38,597 nt of DNA from Theionarchaea archaeon (GTDB lineage: Archaea; Methanobacteriota_B; Thermococci; Methanofastidiosales; SZ-28-30): assembly GCA_018992685.1 (NCBI GenBank), contig JACVGT010000016.1:1-38597 (forward strand), read 5' to 3'. Under the pieces are notes generated by a model that saw only the letters and a list, made by a program, of their open reading frames with translations, was not told where the DNA came from and made no database searches. Shown here in pieces: positions 27,004-34,995 of the stretch (its first letter is position 1; each line of letters opens with the position of its first letter). The translations under genes and the position numbers were made by a program.

Positions 27004-28689
27004 ATGAAAAAGATGATTGTCTCTGTGGTGACAATATTGTTTCTCTTGAGTGTGGTTCCCATTGCGCCCGGTAGAATTTCTATAAGGGTCTTGGTGGACG
27101 AATCAAGAGTATGTGGCTGGGATTCTATATATCAAGACATCCTGATTGAAAGAGGAGCCCCAAGCAACACGAACTGGGATTTCTCCTTCTCAAGCGAAGA
27201 GCCTTGGGCATTCAGCAATGGAGCAGAGGAAATTCGAAATGTAGCTTCGATACATGTCAAGAAATCCGGGACTCTCGATTACGCAGAACTGAGAGACTAC
27301 GATGTGTTGATTATTGCGTCCTTTGAAGAAAGCTATAGTTCTGCTGAAATGGACGCTGTCCGGCAATTCGTAGAGAATGGTGGGAGCCTTCTCATGCTTG
27401 CAGATGCAGATTTCCCTAATAATAGTGCGTCTCGCGCATTTGACGTTATATTTTCCTCGCAGACCGCAGTTATCGCTGACAAGGAGGGTGTATTGAAAAC
27501 GTTTCACTATGGAGACTTGGACTTTACATTGGAAAGAGCCCTCTTCTTCTATGTTGACAACGTGGAGGTCCATCCAGTCACAACAGGAGTTGACAGAATA
27601 GCCCTGGTGTACGGAGTTCCTATCATTCAATATGAATCAGGAACGGTGCTGGCAAGGACTGACAGCAGTTCATGGTTGGATACACTCGGCAGTCGAGAAG
27701 GTTCGAAACAACCAGAGGAAGAGGCGGGCCCCTTTGACGTCCTGCTGGCCATGGAAAATGTGGGAAAGGGAAGAGCACTCTTTATTGGAAGTTCAATATC
27801 ATTCTGGAATGCTGTCACACAGGACGAAAAACAGAACCTCAAGCTCCTTTCAAACGCAGTGACGTGGTTGGGTGAGCCAGGTGGACCATACAAGCAGTAC
27901 CAGACCACAAATGATGAGGCACAACATATTGTAGCTGAAGCGACGTCCTTGTATTACAGTCATGAATTCCTCGAGGCAGAGACACGATTCAGGGAAGCCC
28001 TTGCATTTTTCGAGGAATCCAATGAGATCTTTCCCAACGTTGATGCACGAGAGGGCATTGAGGATGTCAGATTGTGCTTAACAATGTGCGGCATTGGCAT
28101 GCAGGCTGAAGAGATCCACGCCAATGCAACACGTTTATTCACAGAACGGGAGTATGAGAAAGCCATTGAGGAATTTGAGAAGGCAAAATCACTCTACGAT
28201 GAGATTGAGTGCACAGCAAGAGCAGATGAGTGTGCCAAAAAGATAGATGAGAGTATTTCGTGGATTACGTTACGAAACAAAGCTGCCCAGGAACTTCAAC
28301 AAGCAGAAGAGGCTCTCAGTGTAGCACCGAGTACGTTTGATGCTGCAGGCTACGAACAGGCAAAACGGCTCTTCCTGCAGGCCAAAAGCTCATGGGAGGA
28401 ATACGATGATCCTGTCCAGGTGACAGCTTGCGAAGAGTATATTGAACAGTGTGAGACAGAACGTGGAAGAATAAGAAGCAGGGTTGTAATGGTGGAGGCT
28501 ACATCAGCCCTCGTGCTGGTAGTTCTCTCGGCAATGATTGCCTTCATTCATTGGCACAGGAAGAAGGTGAAGCAACCTGCCGAGCCCAATGCAAGAGACG
28601 CTCTTGCTATCGTTTCTGAGCGATACGTAAGAGGTGAAATCACCAAAGCAGAATATGAAGAAATGATGTCCACCCTAAAGAGAGAGTAG
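27004..28689 (+). CDS. Membrane-anchored exported protein (DUF4350/GldG-like domain, TPR-like helices, TM, SHOCT-like tail)
   Basis: Signal peptide, YDVLII..E.DAVRQFVENGGSLL, HPVTTGV, TPR-like EYEKAIEEFEKAK, a TM helix, and RYVRGEITKAEYEEM. Confidence 0.75.
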   Translation: MKKMIVSVVTILFLLSVVPIAPGRISIRVLVDESRVCGWDSIYQDILIERGAPSNTNWDFSFSSEEPWAFSNGAEEIRNVASIHVKKSGTLDYAELRDYDVLIIASFEESYSSAEMDAVRQFVENGGSLLMLADADFPNNSASRAFDVIFSSQTAVIADKEGVLKTFHYGDLDFTLERALFFYVDNVEVHPVTTGVDRIALVYGVPIIQYESGTVLARTDSSSWLDTLGSREGSKQPEEEAGPFDVLLAMENVGKGRALFIGSSISFWNAVTQDEKQNLKLLSNAVTWLGEPGGPYKQYQTTNDEAQHIVAEATSLYYSHEFLEAETRFREALAFFEESNEIFPNVDAREGIEDVRLCLTMCGIGMQAEEIHANATRLFTEREYEKAIEEFEKAKSLYDEIECTARADECAKKIDESISWITLRNKAAQELQQAEEALSVAPSTFDAAGYEQAKRLFLQAKSSWEEYDDPVQVTACEEYIEQCETERGRIRSRVVMVEATSALVLVVLSAMIAFIHWHRKKVKQPAEPNARDALAIVSERYVRGEITKAEYEEMMSTLKRE

Positions 28690-28809
28690 GGAGTTCAATG
28701 TTCAACCAGTGAAACCTTGGTTGGACTTCAATGAGTATCTCAATCCTGGAATACTCTGCAATAAACCATGTCGAGCTGGTTTTTCACCCACTCCTTGACT
28801 TTTCCACCG

Positions 28810-29751
28810 TCATATGAGGCTGATATTGAGCTCTTGTGCTATCTCTAATGCTCTCTTTTTCTCATCGTAAGTCAGGTAGCGGTCGATTCTTGGATTCTCC
28901 ATGGCTCTGTACTCTGGACGATACTGGAACATGACATTTACTGCAGGCGATTCCAGGTTCTCAGAAATCCACTGCAGCACAGGGTGAGTGCAGCATTCCA
29001 GGTGCCCGGGTAGGACCAGGTGGCGGATAATCAGGTTGGCATGCTTTTCTCCCAAGAGGTGATTGCGACTCACAACCTGGAAGTAGTTATCAACACAAGA
29101 CAGCTCCCTGGCACACTGATCATTTCCATACTTAAAATCCGTGAGATACACGTCCACTATCCCGTCCAACAGGCGCATACTTTCCTCAGTCAAGTACATA
29201 TTCGAATTCCACACTACGGGGATATCAGCTTCACAGTCTCTCAGTACCCTCAACATGTAGTCAAGGTTGGGGGTGGGGTCTCCTCCTACAAAATTCATGT
29301 TTCGCAAGTGTCGGTATTCAATGAGCTTTGCCAGCTTTTTAGGTGGGATCCACGTGCCTGACTTGACCTGAGAAATATCCCAATTCTGGCAGTAGACACA
29401 GTGGAAATTGCACCCAGAGAAGAAAATCGTGTGTGAAGGAACAAGAACACTCTCTTCTCCATAGTGAGCAAATTCTGATGCAATCCGGGCCTCCTGTACG
29501 GTGCAGTTGCCCTGTCTTCCAGGTCTATCAACACTGCACCGCCTCTCACAGAACTCACAATGAGACAGTATGCGGGTGGCAATCTCTATCTTAACATCCA
29601 TGAGAGACACATCCCCGACATCTCTTCTGTCATGAGCCTCCCATAATCCTGTTTCACTCGCCTTGAGATCTGCCTTGATGTGGCTCCTCTTCGTTTCCAG
29701 ATAATGAGGGAGCGCTTTCTTATCCAGAATTGAATTGTAATGATCCACCAT
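28810..29751 (-). CDS. pflX: PflX-like radical SAM protein (COG1313)
   Basis: CEFCERRC, GEE..LVPSHTIFFSGCNFHCVYCQN, DFKYGND and RHLVLPGH motifs. Confidence 0.88.
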   Translation of the reverse strand: MVDHYNSILDKKALPHYLETKRSHIKADLKASETGLWEAHDRRDVGDVSLMDVKIEIATRILSHCEFCERRCSVDRPGRQGNCTVQEARIASEFAHYGEESVLVPSHTIFFSGCNFHCVYCQNWDISQVKSGTWIPPKKLAKLIEYRHLRNMNFVGGDPTPNLDYMLRVLRDCEADIPVVWNSNMYLTEESMRLLDGIVDVYLTDFKYGNDQCARELSCVDNYFQVVSRNHLLGEKHANLIIRHLVLPGHLECCTHPVLQWISENLESPAVNVMFQYRPEYRAMENPRIDRYLTYDEKKRALEIAQELNISLI

Positions 29752-29918
29752 CAACTCTTCTTCTTCTGCACATTTAATAACCTTTTCTGGACCCTCACAT
29801 GTGACAGGATACCCTGAGCTGCCCAGGGCCTAGCAGTCAATAGTATCTTACCTGTAAGATTATCACTGATAAACAAAATGCAGAAAGGCAGGAGCTCTTG
29901 AACACCTTTCTGAGTTTC

Positions 29919-30152
29919 CTAGAATTGAACAACTATGGCTGTGGTTGTATCTATGACTCCATCTATGTAGTGAATTTTTTGGACGATTGTCTTGGTCAAC
30001 TGGCTAAGATCTTCTGCTTCTATCCGAGCTATCGCATCGTAAGGTCCTGTTACCACGTCCGCCTTGACAACTCCTTCCATCTGCTCGAGCTCTTCCAGAA
30101 CTTCCTTAACCTTGCCAATAGCTATTGTTATGAGGATATACGCTGATACCAT
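29919..30152 (-). CDS. Stand-alone Lrp/AsnC ligand-binding (RAM) domain protein
   Basis: AYILI, VTGPYDAIA and GVIDTTT. No HTH domain. Confidence 0.9.
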   Translation of the reverse strand: MVSAYILITIAIGKVKEVLEELEQMEGVVKADVVTGPYDAIARIEAEDLSQLTKTIVQKIHYIDGVIDTTTAIVVQF

Positions 30153-30473
30153 GTCTACACCAAACCTCCTTTTTTCTGTCCCTTTTTAAATCTTTGCTTG
30201 GAACTCCTTGGTGTAGGTAAAGAACCCAGCACTAGAAGTGAAGAACGGCTCAGAGACAGGAATCATGAACGTAGTCCGGGACACAGTATCCATGTCGAAC
30301 TACAATTCAGATTTCTCAGAAAGTATCTGCCGAAAAGAATGATCTTCAGGATAATAACGTAATCCACGTCTGATTCTCTGCACTGTAAAATCGGATACGT
30401 GATAGAGGAGGCTTCTCATTTCTTGTGAAGCCAAAACGAAAAGACTTAAATACGAACTTCTCAAACTAGGAGC

Positions 30474-31202
30474 ATGGAACGAACCAAGTCTGGCGTACCG
30501 GGGTTTGACGAGATTATCGGTGGAGGGTTTCCCAAGGGTACCTGCTGTCTCATAACTGGCACAGCAGGGTCTGGAAAAACAACCTTTGCTGTGCAGTTTC
30601 TGTACAAGGGGATCACCGAATATGGAGAAAACGGTGTATATGTCTCCCTGGAAGAACGACCAAAGGATCTGAGGCAGGAAATGATCAATTTCGGATGGGA
30701 TCTGGGAAAAATGGAGAAAGAGAAGAAACTGGCCATTATCGATGTGGGTTCAGCACGGGAAAGCATTAAAACTACAGAACAGTATTCTTTGAGAAACATG
30801 GGAGCCAGACTGAATATTTCTGCCCTATCTGCACATATTTTCGAAGTGTGCAGAGAAGTAAAAGCTCAGAGGATTGTTATTGACTCTATACCCTCTCTCC
30901 AGCTGCGGCTGAAAGATGAGGCAGAAGTGAGAAGGGCAACATCATTGTTCTCAAACCTCCTTCTGGAAATGGAGAGAACATCCCTCATGATAACTGAAAT
31001 TGCAGATACACATGAAGTTTCACGGTATGGGTTTGAAGAATATGTTACCAGAGGAGTTGTAGTCATGCGATTAATTCCTCAATATGGTGAACTGAAGAGG
31101 ACGATTCAAACCATGAAGATGCGAGGTACACATCATAGCACGAGAACATATCCCATGGAAATCAGCAGCAATGGGATTGTAGTGCATTCTCAGAAGCCGT
31201 GA
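30474..31202 (+). CDS. KaiC/RAD55-like single-domain ATPase
   Basis: SGVPGFDEIIGGG, GTAGSGKTT, SLEE, RIVIDS and KMRGTHH motifs. Confidence 0.92.
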   Translation: MERTKSGVPGFDEIIGGGFPKGTCCLITGTAGSGKTTFAVQFLYKGITEYGENGVYVSLEERPKDLRQEMINFGWDLGKMEKEKKLAIIDVGSARESIKTTEQYSLRNMGARLNISALSAHIFEVCREVKAQRIVIDSIPSLQLRLKDEAEVRRATSLFSNLLLEMERTSLMITEIADTHEVSRYGFEEYVTRGVVVMRLIPQYGELKRTIQTMKMRGTHHSTRTYPMEISSNGIVVHSQKP

Positions 31203-31384
31203 TCAAGAAATCTGTCAAGAGGGACAGTCCTATCATCAGGCTTTCTCACCTTCTGCAAGATGAGGAGGCCACTCATATTATGAATCTTGAAGGTGTCTCT
31301 GTACTCAATGTCTTCTTTTTCCCGTATTTCCTTTGGAATGGTGATTCTGCCCTGCACACCTACTCTGACAGTATACTCGGCCAT
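31190..31384 (-). CDS. AbrB/MazE/SpoVT-family DNA-binding protein
   Basis: VRVGVQGRITIPKEIRE motif. Confidence 0.82.
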   Translation of the reverse strand: MAEYTVRVGVQGRITIPKEIREKEDIEYRDTFKIHNMSGLLILQKVRKPDDRTVPLDRFLDHGF

Positions 31385-31560
31385 GAGTACTGTTTGTGAA
31401 CATGCTTATATGGTTTTGCGTTTTTGACGTGAGGGCATGCAATCTGCGGGGCAGACAAGAGTCAGCCGAATCAGGGCGGGAAATCCTCACTGGCAGGAGC
31501 GAGTCATGATGAAGATTGAAAGAGGAAACCTTTTTATGAACTGGGTTAGTACGACACTAC

Positions 31561-32631
31561 ATGGATGAAGACGTCTCTTTAATGATTCCAGGGCCCACAT
31601 TTCTGCACCCCAGGGTGCTGCGGGCCATGTCCAAGCCCCTCATGCCTCACAGAGAGAAGTGGTTTTCTGACCTTTTTGTAGAACAGGCAGAACGGATGAA
31701 AAAAGTCTATCAGACTGAAAATGATCTCTTCATTTTCTCTGGATCAGGTACATCTTCCATGGATGCCGCAGTATCGAATATTATGAGACCTGGAGATAAA
31801 GTGCTGTGCCTGGTCTCCGGCAAATTCTCTGAACGGTTCTTTGAGATTGTGGAAGCTCATGGAGGTATACCCGTCGTACTGAACTGTGAATGGGGGTCTC
31901 CTTTAGATCCTGAAAAGGTAAAGGAGGCTCTGACGCCTGACATTAGGGCTGTGACCATGGTCCACAATGAATCCTCTACGGGAGTGAGAAATGCTGTCAA
32001 ACCCATTGCAGATATTGTGAAAGACAGTACTGCTCCCCTGATTGTGGACTGTATTTCCTCCATGGGGGGAGATGACATCAGAGTAGACGAGTGGGGAATC
32101 GATCTGTGTATTTCAGGCTCCCAGAAGTGCCTGGCGGTCCCTCCCGGGCTTTCTTTCCTCTCAGTCAGTGGAAAAGCGTGGAATATTATCAATGAGAGAC
32201 CGGGATACTGTTACTACCTCAATGTGAAGAAATACAAAGAGGACAAGTACCGGGCACCCTACACCCAGTCCATCACCCTGACCTACGCACTGAAAGAAGC
32301 TCTGGACATTCTCTTTGAAGAAGGGCTGCCCCAGAGGATTGAAAGGCACAAGAGGCTGGCCAAGATGACACGATCTGGACTCAGGGATCTGGGACTGACT
32401 ATATTTCCCAAATCAGACGACATATGTTCACGCACGGTCACTGCTTTCAACGCACCCGACCACAAGTCCGAAAAGGACATACGGGATACTCTCAAGAACG
32501 AGTATAACATCGTCATAGCAGGCGGACAAGCTCATCTCAAGGGCAAGATCATGAGAATCGGGCACATGGGGAACTGCAGAGAAAGGGATATCATTGGCAC
32601 ACTGGCCTGCCTGGAAAAGGCCATGAAATAA
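31561..32631 (+). CDS. Class V PLP aminotransferase (alanine-glyoxylate/serine-pyruvate family)
   Basis: LMIPGPT, HNESSTGV, VDCISS, SGSQKC (PLP lysine) and RIGHMG motifs. Confidence 0.93.
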   Translation: MDEDVSLMIPGPTFLHPRVLRAMSKPLMPHREKWFSDLFVEQAERMKKVYQTENDLFIFSGSGTSSMDAAVSNIMRPGDKVLCLVSGKFSERFFEIVEAHGGIPVVLNCEWGSPLDPEKVKEALTPDIRAVTMVHNESSTGVRNAVKPIADIVKDSTAPLIVDCISSMGGDDIRVDEWGIDLCISGSQKCLAVPPGLSFLSVSGKAWNIINERPGYCYYLNVKKYKEDKYRAPYTQSITLTYALKEALDILFEEGLPQRIERHKRLAKMTRSGLRDLGLTIFPKSDDICSRTVTAFNAPDHKSEKDIRDTLKNEYNIVIAGGQAHLKGKIMRIGHMGNCRERDIIGTLACLEKAMK

Positions 32632-32632
32632 T

Positions 32633-32653
32633 TCCTGTTCTTTATTTTTTTTC
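32633..32653 (+). terminator. Oligo-T archaeal terminator
   Basis: T-rich run (TTCTTTATTTTTTTT) right after the aminotransferase stop. Confidence 0.5.
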
Positions 32654-32681
32654 TGTCTCTGGATAACGCACTCTCACTCTT

Positions 32682-32915
32682 CTACCACGCTCCCACTGCA
32701 ACCAGAGTCATGGTGTGCTGTATTCCTTCAAGAGAACGCAGTTTGTATATGAAATCATCGAGAACCCTGAGATCCTCAATCTCCAGAGTCAGATGCATGT
32801 CATATTCACCATACACAACATGACATTCCTTGACTTCTTTTTCCTGTTTGAGTACTTCTGCTACTTTCTCTTCCTTTCCGGGAACCGTATTGAGGAGTAC
32901 AAACGCCAATACCAT
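32682..32915 (-). CDS. Stand-alone Lrp/AsnC ligand-binding domain protein
   Basis: MVLAFVLLNTVPGKE, VYGEYD and GIQHTMTL. GGTGAT SD before ATG 32915. Confidence 0.88.
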   Translation of the reverse strand: MVLAFVLLNTVPGKEEKVAEVLKQEKEVKECHVVYGEYDMHLTLEIEDLRVLDDFIYKLRSLEGIQHTMTLVAVGAW

Positions 32916-33109
32916 GCTATCACCAGTATCCATAAAAGAGCAGTCCTTATAATGTCTTCGGTCTACTTTGTGGTCGTACTCTGACAAGAAAGGTGGAATC
33001 GTATGTAGTGGTCTCCTGGCGACTGCAACAGAATGGGATAGGAACGTTGGAGTTCATGCTCTCAGAGGGTCGATACAGTATATGTTCTTTTTTCTTGCTC
33101 TTCGTAAAG

Positions 33110-33117
33110 TTTATAAG
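33110..33117 (+). promoter_or_regulatory. TATA box of the tRNA gene
   Basis: TTTATAAG about 23 nt upstream of the tRNA 5' end, preceded by an A-rich BRE-like sequence. Confidence 0.6.
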
Positions 33118-33139
33118 GAAAGAATTGAACAGGAATCAA

Positions 33140-33217
33140 AGCGGGGTGGGGCAGCTAGGAGTGCCCGGCGGGCTCATAACCCGCAGGTCTGTGGTTCAAA
33201 TCCACACCCCGCTACCA
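33140..33217 (+). tRNA. Initiator tRNA-Met (CAT), intronless, CCA encoded
   Basis: AGCGGGG/CCCCGCT acceptor stem with A1-U72, anticodon arm GCGGG-CTCATAA-CCCGC with three G-C pairs, GGTTCAAATCC T arm, and ACCA end. Confidence 0.97.
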
Positions 33218-33326
33218 GAGGCTTTGTCCAGATCGTGGTATAGCAACTGCAACTATTTCAGACTTGGGAAAAGCACAAGCTCCCCGGTCAGGGAATCTTT
33301 TTATTCTGAGGATGTTGAATCATGGT

Positions 33327-34445
33327 ATGAAGTCAAAAGTTCAGCAAGCTCGTTCCATTCTTAGAGAAAAGGACATTCAGTGCTGGATAATACTGGAGAG
33401 GGAACAGCGAGACAAATCCATAGAGCTCCTGCTGGGACAGGGATTTATAGGTGAATCTGCCTTCATTCTCACAGGGGAAAAGACGATAGCCGTTGTAGCA
33501 TCATATGATAGGGAGAGAGTACAGAACATGGAAGTACACACCTACACCAGAGGGATACGAGATGTGCTTCCAGGGATTCTAAGAGAAATGAACATTTCCA
33601 GAATGTACATGAACTTCTCTGAACATGATCATACGGTGGATTCATTGACATATGGGTTATTCTTGAAGTTCTCACAAATCCTCAAAGAAATACACTACAA
33701 AGGCGAGATCCTGTCTTCTGAAGTGTTTCTGGAAGATCTGAGATCAGTCAAAACAAGGGAAGAACGAGACAGGATCAGAGAAGCGGTACGAATAACTGAA
33801 GAGATCTTTGATGAACTGCCCACCATGGTACAAGAGGGGATAACAGAGAGAGAATTGATGCAGAAAATGGTGGATCTGACCAGGAGAAAAGGATGTGAAT
33901 TAGCGTGGAATGATCCTGCAATCAGTTTTGGATTGGACACTGAACTGGGTCACAGGATGCCATCTGACCGGAAGCTGAAAAGAAATGAGAGTATACACAT
34001 AGATTTCGGAGTGAAGTATGAAGGATACTGCTCTGATTTGCAGAGAGTATTCTTTTTCGGAGGAGAACCTCCACAGAAGATGGTACGTGCTTTTGAGACT
34101 ATCCGGAGAGCGCAGCAAGAGAGTATGGAGGCCATAAAGCCTGGCAAGAAGGGATATGAGATTGATGCCGTGGCCCGGACGATCATTACAGAGAGTGGAT
34201 ATCCGGAGTACAACCACGGACTGGGACATCAGATCGGAAGAGAGGTCCATGATGGTGGATGCATACTGGGTCCTCTGTGGGAGAGATATGAGAAGAGTGC
34301 TGTCAAAGAGATCAAGCAGGGGAATGTTTTCACTATTGAGCCCTCAATCACGGGTGAGGTTAATATGGGGCTTGAGGACGATATTGTGGTTGAAAAAAAG
34401 GCAGAACTGTTATCCCATCCCCAGAAGGAGATTATTATGATCTGA
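33327..34445 (+). CDS. M24-family Xaa-Pro aminopeptidase/dipeptidase
   Basis: HIDFG, YCSDLQR, HGLGHQIG.EVHD, TIEP and LEDD metal-ligand motifs. Confidence 0.92.
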   Translation: MKSKVQQARSILREKDIQCWIILEREQRDKSIELLLGQGFIGESAFILTGEKTIAVVASYDRERVQNMEVHTYTRGIRDVLPGILREMNISRMYMNFSEHDHTVDSLTYGLFLKFSQILKEIHYKGEILSSEVFLEDLRSVKTREERDRIREAVRITEEIFDELPTMVQEGITERELMQKMVDLTRRKGCELAWNDPAISFGLDTELGHRMPSDRKLKRNESIHIDFGVKYEGYCSDLQRVFFFGGEPPQKMVRAFETIRRAQQESMEAIKPGKKGYEIDAVARTIITESGYPEYNHGLGHQIGREVHDGGCILGPLWERYEKSAVKEIKQGNVFTIEPSITGEVNMGLEDDIVVEKKAELLSHPQKEIIMI

Positions 34446-34597
34446 TTCTCGTAACTGTCCTGTCAATTAACTTCCCATAATACGAGTGATCAAAAATCTG
34501 ATATCCCTCAGCAGATCTCCTCTGCTCCCAGTAATCATTGTCCTCAGAAAAAACGACGGTGACTCCAGTAATGTGAGAGTAGAAAAGCCCCATGAGA

Positions 34598-34795
34598 CTA
34601 CTTCAGTGCCAGCTTAACATCTTCAGCATTTATTGTCCTGCGTCCAGCATGCTGAGCGAATTCTACAGCCAGTTTCGAGATTTCAATTGCTTCTTCCTCA
34701 AGTATGCCAGCAAGCTCCTTGGCGGCATCTGCAGAAACTCGCTCTGCACCGGCCTTCCGCATTATCTTGTCAATGGGTCTGTGAGACAAAGGCAT
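34598..34795 (-). CDS. Archaeal histone (HMf family)
   Basis: RKAGAERVSADA...A.HAGRRTI.AEDVKLA. GGTGAT SD. Confidence 0.95.
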   Translation of the reverse strand: MPLSHRPIDKIMRKAGAERVSADAAKELAGILEEEAIEISKLAVEFAQHAGRRTINAEDVKLALK

Positions 34796-34995
34796 TCACA
34801 TATCACCTTCATAGATCGCTTGATCACCTTCGTGAGTTTCCCTTATAAGGGTTTCCCTGGAGAAACTATATATATCCCCTATTCCAACCAATCCATAAGA
34901 ACAATTACTTGAACCGGAATTTTATCATGCAGTCTTGAATATGACACAAAATTCATGCAAGAAAGGAAGAAAGCAAAGATCCTGAGGGAAATCGC

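Noticed and set aside
28700-28726. Hairpin GTTCAACCA/TGGTTGGAC between convergent genes
   Set aside because: A single short stem without a U-tract is too weak to call as a terminator.
31190-31384. AbrB gene as the antitoxin of a type II TA pair
   Set aside because: No PIN, RelE or MazF toxin gene is adjacent.
32968-33364. ORFs 32968-33243 and 32993-33364
   Set aside because: They overlap the initiator tRNA and its promoter and show no protein motifs.
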